A stretch of 63,044 bases of DNA, counting the filler, from assembly GCA_964501035.1 (NCBI GenBank). It is 22 parts of 22 records of this genome, joined end to end, with 100 filler letters (N's around TTAATTAATTAA, not from the genome) between each part and the next. Parts side by side here need not be neighbours in the genome. Positions count along the whole stretch, not along the records: positions 1 to 3,213 come from CAZCRK010000102.1; positions 3,314 to 6,522 come from CAZCRK010000103.1; positions 6,623 to 9,813 come from CAZCRK010000104.1; positions 9,914 to 13,081 come from CAZCRK010000105.1; 18 more parts are not named here. One strand, written 5' to 3'. A program made the position numbers and the translations under genes. Shown here piece by piece: positions 1 through 10,392 of this stretch (the first letter of the stretch is position 1; each line of letters begins with the position of its first letter). The notes beneath the pieces were generated by a model. It was not told where the DNA came from, searched no databases, and saw only the letters and a list, made by a program, of their open reading frames with translations.

Positions 1-1
1 C

Positions 2-37
2 AAAAAGGGGAGTCCAATTGGATTCCCCTTTTTTTTA
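2..37 (+). terminator. Rho-independent terminator of an upstream gene outside the window
   Basis: AAAAAGGGGAGTCC-AATT-GGATTCCCCTTTTTTTT stem-loop followed by a T run. Confidence 0.75.
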
Positions 38-101
38 TTGTCACATATTTTGTTTGATTACAGTTAAATTACGCAGATAGATTTATCCAAAATAAAGTAA
101 T

Positions 102-2561
102 ATGAATTCAAAAAGAAATAAGAAATTAGCTGCAATCATGTTTACTGAGTTGGTGGGTTATAATAAACTTTCCAATGAGGATGAAAAACATGCACTCCAA
201 ATTCTTGGTGAACATGACAAGATTCTTGATAGGTTAATCCTTGCACATTCTGGTCGTGTAGTAAAACATATGAATGAAAAGATATTTGGTGAATTTACAT
301 CAGCAACTGAAGCTATTATATGTGCAATTGAAATCCAGAAATTACTTAAAAAAGAGAATGAACAGAACCCTGAAACATTTGAAATGAATGTAAGAATTGG
401 GGTGCATATGGGTGAAGTTTATGAAAAAGATAGCGATTTATTTGGAGATGGAGTCAATATGGCTGCTCGTATTGAACCCATTGCAGCACCAGGTGAAATT
501 GTAACTTCTCAAGCAGTATATAACTCAATACGGAGTGAAAAGAATATTTATACTCGCGATATGGGGCGAGTAATTTTAAAAAATATTGCCGATCCTGAAA
601 GAGTTTTTAAAGTATATTTAGATAAAGTTGATTATAAAAGTGAAACGTCAGCTACTTTAGCTAAATCACTTGTAAGTCGAAATATAAATCTAGCTGATAG
701 AAAAATATCCAAAGAAACAGTACAATCTGTTGCCGTCCTTTATTTAAATAATTTAGGGTCTTCTGATGATGACTTTTTCTGTTATGGATTAACAGAAGAT
801 TTAACAATAGACCTTTCAAAAGCAGGTAAAATACGTGTTCCAGTAACAGCAGAAGTAATGAAGTTTAAAAATGATACTAACAATATTTCTTTGGTTGCTG
901 AAAAACTAAATGTTGAACATTTGGTTGAGGGAAGTATCATGAGAATTGGTGAAATGTTCCGGCTTTCATTACAACTTGTGGACTCCAAAAATAACACAAT
1001 TTGGTCTGAACGGTGGGAAGGGAATACTGATGACCTTCAAGCCATTCGAAGTAAAGTTGCTGCAAAAGTACTTGAATCACTTGGACTTGAAATTCCAGAA
1101 TCATTTAAAAAATTGTTATCTACAAAAAAACAAGTATCTCCAGAAGCATATGAATTGTTTCTTAAAGGTAGATATCTCTTCCAAAGCGCAAAGTCCAAAA
1201 TGGATGTAGAGATAACAAAAAGCTTACTCAAAGAAGCAATTAAAATTGATGAGAAGTTTATTGATGTTCGTGTATGTCTTGCTGCAGTCCTTCATGCAGA
1301 AAAAGATTTAGAAAAAGCGATTAAGTTATTGGATGAAACTATGATTTTATCAAAATCAGAAAATGACTTATCAAATATTGCTGGGCTACACAATGTATAT
1401 GGATTAATTTATAAAACTTGGGGGAAATACGATCAAGCAATTGATAGTTTTGAAGAAGCATTAGCAGAACGAGCAAAGGAAAACAACCTCCAAGAAGAAG
1501 CTAGAATTCTAAATAATTTAGGTCAATGCTATGCAAATATTGGTGAAGCAGAACAATCTTTAGAATACCATAACAGATCGCTTGAAATAAAAAGGGAATT
1601 AGACGATAAAAAAGGTATTGCAAGTAGTGTTGGTAATATGTCATTATCTTACAGAAGAAATTGTGATTATTCAACTGCCATAGAGTATTGTAAAGAATCA
1701 ATAGAGTTGTTTGATGAATTGCGGATGAAACGTGCCTTTGCAATTATGAAAATGAATTTAGCACACAATTTGGTATATATTGGGCATTATAAAGATGCTA
1801 TGTCAAACTACAAAGATTCATTAGAAATTTTAAATAGCCTTAATGATTATGCTTCTGCTGGTTTAATATATCGGCACCAAGGGATAGTGTATTTAAATCA
1901 AGAAAATTGGAAGCAAGCACAAAAATCCTTTAAAACAGCTTTAAAATTACACCATAAAGCTGAACACAGACCTGCAGTTGAAGCTACAACTCTGTTTTTA
2001 GGTCAAGCATATTTGTATGCAACTGAGTATGATGCTGCGGAAAAATATATACTTCGTGCATTAAAGTTAACTACCCGAAGAAAAGATTCATTGTATGATG
2101 CCTCTGCCAGAGCAATTTATTTTCTCTTACTTGCTGAACAAGATAAATTAGATACGGAAAAGTTTGAACAGTTTGTAAATGAAATTGAATCATTTATCAA
2201 TGATAATCAAAGAATTGCTCGGGAAACATGGTACATTTCGCAAATTTACCTAATTTTAAACAATGAAGAACGGGCTCTGTACTTTCAAAAACTTGCTCAA
2301 AAACAACTAAAATTAATTGCCATTTCAATTTTAGATGAAAAAATACGAGATGATTACATTAATCTTCCTTTGATTCATAAAAAAATGTTTGAACCTTTAA
2401 AACAATATGATCCACCCGTCCAAAAAACTGAAGAAATCGAGAAAGTAAAGAATGAAGCAGATGTTCCAAATGTGTTTGCATTTTGTCCAAGTTGTGGGAC
2501 TCCCAATAAGAATAAATTTAAATTTTGTCCAAGTTGCGGGAACTCACTTATAAATAACTAA
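102..2561 (+). CDS. Class III adenylate/guanylate cyclase-like domain + TolB-N-like domain + TPR repeats + C-terminal zinc ribbon
   Basis: LAAIMFTELVGY, RIGVHMGEV, DLFGDGVNMAARIE cyclase motifs; SVAVLYLNNL..GLTEDL TolB-like segment; TPR repeats (LNNLGQCY); CPSCG-x10-CPSCG. Confidence 0.85.
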   Translation: MNSKRNKKLAAIMFTELVGYNKLSNEDEKHALQILGEHDKILDRLILAHSGRVVKHMNEKIFGEFTSATEAIICAIEIQKLLKKENEQNPETFEMNVRIGVHMGEVYEKDSDLFGDGVNMAARIEPIAAPGEIVTSQAVYNSIRSEKNIYTRDMGRVILKNIADPERVFKVYLDKVDYKSETSATLAKSLVSRNINLADRKISKETVQSVAVLYLNNLGSSDDDFFCYGLTEDLTIDLSKAGKIRVPVTAEVMKFKNDTNNISLVAEKLNVEHLVEGSIMRIGEMFRLSLQLVDSKNNTIWSERWEGNTDDLQAIRSKVAAKVLESLGLEIPESFKKLLSTKKQVSPEAYELFLKGRYLFQSAKSKMDVEITKSLLKEAIKIDEKFIDVRVCLAAVLHAEKDLEKAIKLLDETMILSKSENDLSNIAGLHNVYGLIYKTWGKYDQAIDSFEEALAERAKENNLQEEARILNNLGQCYANIGEAEQSLEYHNRSLEIKRELDDKKGIASSVGNMSLSYRRNCDYSTAIEYCKESIELFDELRMKRAFAIMKMNLAHNLVYIGHYKDAMSNYKDSLEILNSLNDYASAGLIYRHQGIVYLNQENWKQAQKSFKTALKLHHKAEHRPAVEATTLFLGQAYLYATEYDAAEKYILRALKLTTRRKDSLYDASARAIYFLLLAEQDKLDTEKFEQFVNEIESFINDNQRIARETWYISQIYLILNNEERALYFQKLAQKQLKLIAISILDEKIRDDYINLPLIHKKMFEPLKQYDPPVQKTEEIEKVKNEADVPNVFAFCPSCGTPNKNKFKFCPSCGNSLINN

Positions 2562-2674
2562 TTGATTTTGTGATAAGCATCACCTGAAGAAAACAAAGGT
2601 TTGTTATTTTCCAATATTTACATTAGTTTCTAGTCAATATTTATACTGATAAGTTAAGTTTATAGGAGTAAATC

Positions 2675-3213
2675 ATGAAAAAATGGATATTATTTCTCAA
2701 TTTTTTATTTGTAACAGTTACATTTTTATCTGCACAATGTGGAGATTTAGGATGTGGTGATGGAATTGATTTAGATTTAGGCGGAGGGGGTGGTGAATCC
2801 TGTACGTGTGAACAAATATCAGGAGCTATTGTTGGCGATGATGGTGGATGCTATTGTCCTTCGGGTTATGTATTTTTCAACCTCTTTGGTTGTGGTGAAT
2901 GTATAAACTTGCAAACTCCAGGGTGTAATGACCCACAAGCGATAAATTATACTCCAACAGCAACAGGTTGTGGCGATGATACGAATAATTGTTGCGAATA
3001 TGAAGACATCTATGGTCAGATATGTCCAGCTTATATCATGGATGATTGTGATGTATGTGGTGGTGGCAATGCTGATATGGATTGTGGGGGTATTTGCTTC
3101 GGTCAGCAAGTTTATGATAATTGTGGTGTATGTGATGATGATCCATTCAATGATTGTATACAAGATTGTGCTGGTGTTTGGGGAGGGACAGCACAATTAG
3201 ATGAATGTGATGT
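2675..3213 (+). CDS. Secreted Cys-rich repeat protein (3' partial)
   Basis: AGGAG RBS, signal peptide, GCNDPQAINY and DCAGVWGG/DDCDVCGG repeats; runs into the spacer. Confidence 0.75.
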
Positions 3214-3313
3214 NNNNNNNNNNNNNNNNNNNNNNNNNNNNNNNNNNNNNNNNNNNNTTAATTAATTAANNNNNNNNNNNNNNNNNNNNNNNNNNNNNNN
3301 NNNNNNNNNNNNN
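3214..3313. other. Artificial contig spacer (44 N + TTAATTAATTAA + 44 N); the same spacer recurs 21 times
   Basis: Identical N-flanked all-frame stop linker at every junction; contig lengths fall steadily from about 3.2 to 2.3 kb. Confidence 0.98.
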
Positions 3314-3318
3314 TCTGC

Positions 3319-3837
3319 CTAACCGTCACAGCAGATTGTTAACTCCGTTTGGTTTCTTGATGAATATGTGGTACCGTAATAGTCACTACCAGTAACACCA
3401 TCCCATTCAAAATAATACCATCCACCCATAAGTGAATCTGCGTCACCTTCATGGGATAAGGAATAATAGATCTCACTCTGCCCATCATTATCAAAATCGC
3501 CAACCCCAACATGCCGGGGGACCGCATAACTACCACGGACAGCTAAACTTGACGGTGAGCGCCATTTTTGCTCAAATACCTGGTTCGCCGCATCATATTC
3601 ATATAGTCGAACCCCATAGATGAAATAATCTGTAAAAATAAGTTCATCGGCACCATCTTGATCCAGATCAAAACCGCCAATCACGGTCCGAGATCCATTC
3701 GCAGACAGGGTATCCCCGCCTGGTAAATCCCAGGCTTCAACAAAACCCTGGTTAATCCATCCGGGGGCTAGTGCATCCTGTGCAACCGAATAATTAATAA
3801 TTAAGACCAGTGAACTCAATAAATATCTTTTTTTCAT
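3319..3837 (-). CDS. Secreted FG-GAP/VCBS-repeat protein (probably truncated at the contig end)
   Basis: Signal peptide; DLDQDGADELI and GDFDNDGQSEI Ca-binding repeats; resembles the upstream gene. Confidence 0.7.
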   Translation of the reverse strand: MKKRYLLSSLVLIINYSVAQDALAPGWINQGFVEAWDLPGGDTLSANGSRTVIGGFDLDQDGADELIFTDYFIYGVRLYEYDAANQVFEQKWRSPSSLAVRGSYAVPRHVGVGDFDNDGQSEIYYSLSHEGDADSLMGGWYYFEWDGVTGSDYYGTTYSSRNQTELTICCDG

Positions 3838-3880
3838 GGCATTTCTCCAGATAACGTCAAAATATATTGATTAATAAACA

Positions 3881-3910
3881 GAAAAGGGGTGATAACAATC
3901 ACCCCTTTTC
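3881..3910. terminator. Bidirectional Rho-independent terminator
   Basis: GAAAAGGGGTGAT-AACA-ATCACCCCTTTTC perfect 13-bp stem just past the stop at 3929. Confidence 0.8.
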
Positions 3911-3928
3911 GATTTACAAATGTGATGT

Positions 3929-5656
3929 TTATTTCAATAGAATCATTTTTTTCGTTAGAGTTGATTGATCAACCTGTACTTCGTATATGTAAGTACCTGC
4001 GGCAACTGCAGAACCAGATTGATTTGTCCCATCCCACATCACGTTATATGCACCTTCATGTTGTTTCCCACTGAATAATTCTGTCACCTTATGACCTGTA
4101 AGATCATAAACTGAAACATTTACTTTCGCTTCAGAATTGAGTTCATATTCAATTGTGGTAGAAGGGTTAAATGGATTTGGATAGTTTTGCTTAACATCAA
4201 AATTCAGCGGAATTGTATGCCGAACAAAAATGCCAGCTGTTGCATCGTAGTCTAGTACGCAAATATCCAGAGTACCATCATTAGGGAATACACCAGCTGC
4301 GCCCTGGTGTCCATAAAGGATCTCATCTTCCGGATCATCATCGATATTACCAACTGCAACCACGTCCCAGGCATTACCACCTTCTCCATAAGCACTATCC
4401 ACAACGGTGAGTTCATAGCTTGCGGGGTCAGTTATGGTGCCACCATTATATGACAGCCTGAATATGCAGGCATTTTGCAGAGAATATCTGCTACCCCAAA
4501 CAAAATCGAGATTTCCATCACCATCTACATCGCCCTGGGCACTGCCCATAAATCTAGTCGATGTAGTAGCATATGTATTTGTATCCATTGTTGCCAGAAC
4601 AGTATGAACAAGCGTATCCGCATCTGCCTGCAGCAGAACAACACTGGATACGGCTACTGATCCGTAATCGTACTCAGCTGTTATAACTTCTTCTGTTCCA
4701 TCACCATCCAAGTCAGCGACCTGGGAGGCATTGAAGAGCATTCCACCCGCAGCAGGAGGCAGTTGTACTGCTGAATAGGTATTAGCAGCAGATGCTGTTA
4801 CCTTAGTAATGGATGATTCTTCCGGCAAATACAATGAAGAGCCAAGTACGAATGAATCATACTTGTTTTGCAAAGCGTATTGGGTCCCGGCCCCTGTTCC
4901 GGTAGTATCAACAGGTGCACTCAGCATGGTCGCTTCTACCGTCCAGGTTTCACTGCCGTCACCGGCATCGGGAACGTCACTTACAGACATAACACCATAA
5001 TAGAGTCCCGTACCAAAACCGTTAGATCCACCTTTCCGGTCATTAAAGCAAAGTTCCATTGTGCCATCCCCATCTATGTCTGAAACCCAGAATCGGGTTG
5101 GACGTACATTGAGAGGGTCTGCCACAATAGTTGATTGTGCATTCGGAGAGTAATGAAGTTCTTCACCGCCACTATGTGTTTCTGTTGTAGCGATACCTAA
5201 GACATCTGTACCATCGCCTGCTTCCTCATATACTAAAATGCGAGGGGGGTTTGGCATATTGGTTGTTGGCCAGTTAGCTGGACCCCAGATCACTTCATCC
5301 TTACCATCCTGGTCAAGATCGCCAATTGTAAGTCCTGCCCAGGTGTTTTGCAGGTCAATGGGTGCTGTAGCTGCCCAGACAACTGCCCAGCTGCCCAATC
5401 CATCTGGTTCCAGCTTATAAATCCTGGGAATATAGTCACCGGCACCATCCCACATACTATTAGCTACATAGATATCCGGCTGGCCATCACCATCCAGGTC
5501 ATTACCCGCCAGAATACCGGCATATCCTTCTACATTCGAAGTTGGCTCTGGCGCAGGAACACCTTCCCCGCGAGTAAGGCCATTAAGCGCATAAACATGC
5601 GATGTCAATACTAATAATGCTGTTAATGCATTAATACTGATAACCTTTTTACTCAT
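3929..5656 (-). CDS. Secreted FG-GAP/VCBS beta-propeller protein with C-terminal FlgD-Ig/T9SS-type sorting domain
   Basis: Signal peptide; multiple DxDGDG repeats; C-terminal QNYPNPFNPSTTI...WDGTN...GTYIY...KKMILLK. Confidence 0.85.
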   Translation of the reverse strand: MSKKVISINALTALLVLTSHVYALNGLTRGEGVPAPEPTSNVEGYAGILAGNDLDGDGQPDIYVANSMWDGAGDYIPRIYKLEPDGLGSWAVVWAATAPIDLQNTWAGLTIGDLDQDGKDEVIWGPANWPTTNMPNPPRILVYEEAGDGTDVLGIATTETHSGGEELHYSPNAQSTIVADPLNVRPTRFWVSDIDGDGTMELCFNDRKGGSNGFGTGLYYGVMSVSDVPDAGDGSETWTVEATMLSAPVDTTGTGAGTQYALQNKYDSFVLGSSLYLPEESSITKVTASAANTYSAVQLPPAAGGMLFNASQVADLDGDGTEEVITAEYDYGSVAVSSVVLLQADADTLVHTVLATMDTNTYATTSTRFMGSAQGDVDGDGNLDFVWGSRYSLQNACIFRLSYNGGTITDPASYELTVVDSAYGEGGNAWDVVAVGNIDDDPEDEILYGHQGAAGVFPNDGTLDICVLDYDATAGIFVRHTIPLNFDVKQNYPNPFNPSTTIEYELNSEAKVNVSVYDLTGHKVTELFSGKQHEGAYNVMWDGTNQSGSAVAAGTYIYEVQVDQSTLTKKMILLK

Positions 5657-5853
5657 ACTTAGCTCCTTTTTTTTTATTGTCGTTTATTTTCCTACAAATA
5701 GGAAATTTTCGATTATATTATAATATCCATTTCAAATATGAATTACCTTAAAATAATCAATTAGTACCTAGAAATCTATTTTTATTTATGTGGTAACTTG
5801 GAACACGATGGTAGAAAGTAAGATATCATTGATTAACGGTCAATAAGTAATTA

Positions 5854-6522
5854 TTAATTTTTCCTAAATTCCATTGATATTTGCTGATTCCCTCGCAAAC
5901 TCTTTAAATCACTATAGGAATAATGGACAGCAAGAATTTTATTCTTCAATTTAAATTTGGTGCCAAACCCAAAGGTAATCCCAGAAATATCAGCCTGTGT
6001 TTTATATCCCGTTCTTAAAAAATATTGATTCTTATAACTATACTCCATCCCCAAATTATAATCTTCAAGATTATTATTAGAATGGATCATGTCTGTAGCC
6101 AGAATAACAGAGGACGGGCTTTTTGAATAAATATTGATACTTGTACCAATTTTAAAATTCATGGGTAGAGAATAAGTCTCAAATTCTTTTTCCCCATTCA
6201 ATGCATTAGTGTACGATTCATCATCACTATAATCAATATAGCCGCCAGAAAACCGAACATCTGGACCAAAATTTTGTATAACCAATCCAATTTTGAATTC
6301 TCTATAATTTGTATGGTATTGAGTCCCAATATCTGCAGCAATGGTTGAATAGGTATAATCTAGGTACCCTTCCTTTACATTTTTAATTGTAATACCAAAA
6401 GCGACCTGGTCAGTTAAATATCGTGAAAAAGTAATCCCCATAGAATGATTAACCAAATCAAAGGTATTTCCCGTCCCATCCGGTTCTTCCAAGGTTGTGA
6501 TTTCCATGGCATCGGTCTGGAG
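5854..6522 (-). CDS. PorV/PorQ-family outer-membrane beta-barrel (5' partial)
   Basis: TTLEEPDGTG, AADIGTQY, IQNFGPD, LPMNFKIG, GMEY..LRTGY motifs; lies directly upstream of CTD-bearing cargo. Confidence 0.7.
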   Translation of the reverse strand, partial: LQTDAMEITTLEEPDGTGNTFDLVNHSMGITFSRYLTDQVAFGITIKNVKEGYLDYTYSTIAADIGTQYHTNYREFKIGLVIQNFGPDVRFSGGYIDYSDDESYTNALNGEKEFETYSLPMNFKIGTSINIYSKSPSSVILATDMIHSNNNLEDYNLGMEYSYKNQYFLRTGYKTQADISGITFGFGTKFKLKNKILAVHYSYSDLKSLRGNQQISMEFRKN

Positions 6523-6622
6523 NNNNNNNNNNNNNNNNNNNNNNNNNNNNNNNNNNNNNNNNNNNNTTAATTAATTAANNNNNNNNNNNNNNNNNNNNNN
6601 NNNNNNNNNNNNNNNNNNNNNN

Positions 6623-7830
6623 ACCAAAAAAGTAAAAATCCATAAATTCGCCTGAAAAAAGATATGTGTAATTCCTCGTGCTAATAATTGTTTTTTTGAA
6701 ACCATTTCTCCAACTTCCACAATTGGTTCCTGCCAGAAACTGCTTTTGGGGAAGACTAAAATATTGGGTTCTGATTGAATTAAGCCTGCTTGATCTTTAT
6801 TCCTATAGGTATATTCCTTGTTATCTACACTGATCGTAGTTTCTGTTACTTTCGTGATTATGCCACCTTTTGTAGCCATAATCCCTTCACCTGGTGATTG
6901 TATTTCCATGCGGGGTATTATGACCAATGCAGAAGAGAACATTATCGTCCCAAGTACAAGATACATAACAAATCTTGCACCAAACTTGTCCGACATCCAT
7001 CCCCCTGCCACACGGATTACACCGGATGGAAGACTAAAAATTGCCGCCATCATACCAGCCGTCGCAACTGACATTGTATACACATTGACATAATAGGGTA
7101 TAAGCCATTGTGCAAGGGCTACAAATCCACCAAACACAAGGAAATAGTAAAGTCCAAATCTCCAAACACGAACTTCTTTTAGTGGTGCTAGGCGTTGTGC
7201 TAGATTTTTTGTTGCACTATTCTCTACTATTTTAGAATAGGTTGTAAAATAGTAAATTATTGCTGTTATCAAGAGTATGACCGCATAAATTTTTGGCATC
7301 AATCTCCATGCTTCTAAATTTTCTACTACAGAACCAGAGTTAGTTAAATATTTTAATAAAATTGGAGCTCCCATACTTGTAATTGCTGCACCAGCGTTGC
7401 CTGCACCAAAAATTCCAAGTACTAATCCCTGTTTTTCTTTTGAAAACCACACAGAAGTGTAAGCAATCCCAATAGCAAAGGATGCTCCGCTTATTCCAAA
7501 TCCAAGTCCTGCCAAAATAAAACCATAATAGGAGTTAGCAAAACTCATTAAATAAGTTGTTGCTGAAGCAATAAGCATTAGAATTGTAAAAATTGGTCTT
7601 CCACCATATTTATCTGTTAGTATTCCAGCAGGAAGCCTCATAATCGAACCTGTCAAAACTGGAATTCCTATTAACCAACCTATCTGTGTTTTATCCCATA
7701 CAAATATTCCGTTATCAACAAGAAAAGTAATTAATGCACCATTCATCATCCATACAGCAAAACATATGGTAAAGGATATTGTATTCATTGCGAGAACAAT
7801 GTTGGCTTTTGATTCATTTTTTATCATCAT
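6623..7830 (-). CDS. narK: NarK-family nitrate/nitrite MFS transporter (3' partial)
   Basis: Nitrate signature GLVLGIFGAGNAG; FGLYYFLVFGGFVA; RVAGGWMSDKFG; follows narI. Confidence 0.9.
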
Positions 7831-7867
7831 AAGTCCTCGATATTTCTTGACGGTTTAATAAAACTGT

Positions 7868-8560
7868 TTATTTAATAAATCGTGTTTTTTTATTCCAATT
7901 CCAACGTACCATTTGTGGTTTTCTCCATAAATATGGATTGGGTACCACCAATATGTGAACCAATCGTGTAAATGGGAATAGCATTAAAATTGCAAAGGCA
8001 CCAAATATGTGAAGTTGAACATTAAATGGCATAGAAGTAACAAATTCCATTTGCGGTGTAAATGTTAAAATCGACCAAATATAGGGAGACATAGATGTTG
8101 CAAACCATGAGCTACCCCAAGAGTAAAGTACAGCAGTCAATAGTCCGGTAATTACTTGCACCAAAATCATGGTAAGCACAATCCAATCCATGGTACTGGT
8201 TACAATTTTTGCTTTAGAATCTGTCAATCTACGTATAAAAATATTCACTAACCCAATGAGTGTAAATAGCCCCCCCACAAAGGCACTTGTTTCTAATATA
8301 TAAAGTCGTGAAATATTTGAATTCCATGCTAATATTGAAGAGGGTAACAAGAAAGCAAACAAATGACCAAAAAACACAAAAATAATTCCAAAGTGGAACG
8401 GTACTAATGCCCAAAAATGCATTTTGTTTTCAAGAAATTGTGATGATAAACTGGAATAACTGAAAGGTTTACCAAAGTATCGTTTTATTGAAAACAATAC
8501 AAATACTGTTATGGATACATAGGGAAATACCGTAAAAAAGATTTCGTTAAGATAGTTCAT
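7868..8560 (-). CDS. narI: Respiratory nitrate reductase gamma subunit (cytochrome b)
   Basis: SSLSSQFLE, PFHFGI..GH, HIFGAF..FPFTRLVH heme-ligand motifs. Confidence 0.95.
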   Translation of the reverse strand: MNYLNEIFFTVFPYVSITVFVLFSIKRYFGKPFSYSSLSSQFLENKMHFWALVPFHFGIIFVFFGHLFAFLLPSSILAWNSNISRLYILETSAFVGGLFTLIGLVNIFIRRLTDSKAKIVTSTMDWIVLTMILVQVITGLLTAVLYSWGSSWFATSMSPYIWSILTFTPQMEFVTSMPFNVQLHIFGAFAILMLFPFTRLVHILVVPNPYLWRKPQMVRWNWNKKTRFIK

Positions 8561-9093
8561 GATTCATCCTCAATTATATGATAATTTTCTGTTAAGAATT
8601 GTTCTAATGCCAACAGTGATTTTGAAAACATATTGTCATCAGGTACAGCTGTTTTGATTTTAACTAATGCAGGCAATACAGTTTTTGAAACCAATTCATT
8701 TGCTTTTTCATTTTCTTGGGTTCCAAGTAATTGCAAAATATGGCTCAAATGATCTGGTAATTCAATATGCTCTGGAATACCATTTGCACGTAGTTGTTCG
8801 CGCATTTTTGCAAGAAACTCGCCTCTATCATACCCTTCACCAAACAAATGCCAACCTAAATCCAGACAAGAATCTGGATTCATATCAAATGTTTTGGTAA
8901 AGAGTTCTTCAATGTATGAAACAACTAAACCTGATACTTTACTTTCAAATATTTTTGCAGGGTTATTGCTTTCGTTATTCCCAACATAACTCGCCATCAA
9001 TTCAACTTTTTGATTATAGTCTGAACTTGGGTATGTAAAAACGTCAGCAAATATATTGCATATATCAGATTTTTGCACAGTACCGGTTTGCAT
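8557..9093 (-). CDS. narJ: Nitrate reductase molybdenum cofactor assembly chaperone
   Basis: FTKTFD, RGEFL, ELPDHL motifs; sits between narH and narI. Confidence 0.9.
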   Translation of the reverse strand: MQTGTVQKSDICNIFADVFTYPSSDYNQKVELMASYVGNNESNNPAKIFESKVSGLVVSYIEELFTKTFDMNPDSCLDLGWHLFGEGYDRGEFLAKMREQLRANGIPEHIELPDHLSHILQLLGTQENEKANELVSKTVLPALVKIKTAVPDDNMFSKSLLALEQFLTENYHIIEDES

Positions 9094-9096
9094 GGT

Positions 9097-9813
9097 TTAT
9101 AGACCTCGTTTGGGTTTTTCCTTAAATCCAAACCCAGCAGATTGTTTATACTCTAGCGGATCTTCCATTAATTCAATGGCCTCTTCACGATGTGCTGGAG
9201 GTATAATGAATCTATCTTCCAATGTTGCAATTGAAGTCAAATTGTAAATACCTTCTGCTTCATCCACTGTACAGTCAGCAGCTTTAAGCATTTTTTCTGC
9301 TTCTTCCATTGGAATATCTCCAACCGTTACTGCACGACGATATGTGCGAACTGCCATTTGTTTTTTCAACACATATTTCATTTTTTCATTATCACCAGCA
9401 GCAAATAAATTACTTAAAAACTCAATCGGTGCTCGTGCTTGGTCAAATCCTGCAAATAAATCATCGGATAGATTTTTACGTGTATCACCATCCATTGCTG
9501 AAATAACGGGTAACATTGGCGGTACATAGAACAACATTGGCAATGTTCGATATTCAATATGAGGAGGTAATGCCATTTTCCATACCTTAACAAACTTATA
9601 CACGGGTGATTCTTGAGCAGCTTGAATTGTATGATTATGTACACCATTTGCTTTTGCTTGTGCAATGACTTCTGGATCAAATGGATCCAAAATCATTTCA
9701 CGTTGTGCATCAATAAGCTCTTGATCTGTTTTACCAGCAGTAGCTTCTATTTTGTCTGCATCATAAAGCAATACACCTAAATATCGAATTCGTCCAACAC
9801 ATGAGTGGAAACA
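9097..9813 (-). CDS. narH: Respiratory nitrate reductase beta subunit (5' partial)
   Basis: Frame open to the contig edge with CFHSCVGRIRYLGVLLYDAD; PHIEYRTLPMLFYVPP; EDRFIIP. Confidence 0.95.
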   Translation of the reverse strand, partial: CFHSCVGRIRYLGVLLYDADKIEATAGKTDQELIDAQREMILDPFDPEVIAQAKANGVHNHTIQAAQESPVYKFVKVWKMALPPHIEYRTLPMLFYVPPMLPVISAMDGDTRKNLSDDLFAGFDQARAPIEFLSNLFAAGDNEKMKYVLKKQMAVRTYRRAVTVGDIPMEEAEKMLKAADCTVDEAEGIYNLTSIATLEDRFIIPPAHREEAIELMEDPLEYKQSAGFGFKEKPKRGL

Positions 9814-9913
9814 NNNNNNNNNNNNNNNNNNNNNNNNNNNNNNNNNNNNNNNNNNNNTTAATTAATTAANNNNNNNNNNNNNNNNNNNNNNNNNNNNNNN
9901 NNNNNNNNNNNNN

Positions 9914-10271
9914 TTGAAGATCCGTGAAGATAGACATCCAGATATCCGTCTCGGTTAAAATCAGTCAGGTCCATTCCGCCAAGTCCACCAACAAATTCTC
10001 CAATTGTGTCCGGATATGTAATAATTTTTGATTCAAGAATATTCTCAAATATTCCTGATTCGGTACCATGGTATAAATCATAAAAAAGGCCGAACCGTTC
10101 AGAATCGTAGCCAGACATCATCAAATCCTGCAAACCGTCATTGTTCATGTCCGCTACTAAAATACTGTTCGCCTTATTCTGATTAAGAGTATCAGATCTT
10201 AGAGAATCATATTCAAAATTTTGTGCATAAATGATATTTACAAATAGGAATATTGATAAATATTTAAACAT
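9914..10271 (-). CDS. Secreted FG-GAP/VCBS-repeat protein (3' partial)
   Basis: Signal peptide; ADMNNDGLQDL and TDFNRDGYLDV repeats. Confidence 0.7.
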
Positions 10272-10392
10272 AGATATTGAAATTGGAATTATTCAATTTT
10301 AGGTTATTAATAAGTTTAATTGAATGACCTTTTATCCATCCACCATGATTAAGATATATAAAAGTTAGTATATATTGATTATTTAGTGTCAA

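Noticed and set aside
3214..3313. Recurrent TTAATTAATTAA flanked by N runs, resembling a regularly spaced repeat or CRISPR array
   Set aside because: Artificial all-frame-stop contig linker; ORF tails reading XXX..LIN are artefacts of it
3314..3330. Early stop in the FG-GAP gene suggesting a pseudogene
   Set aside because: The stop is 5 nt from a contig end, where sequence is unreliable
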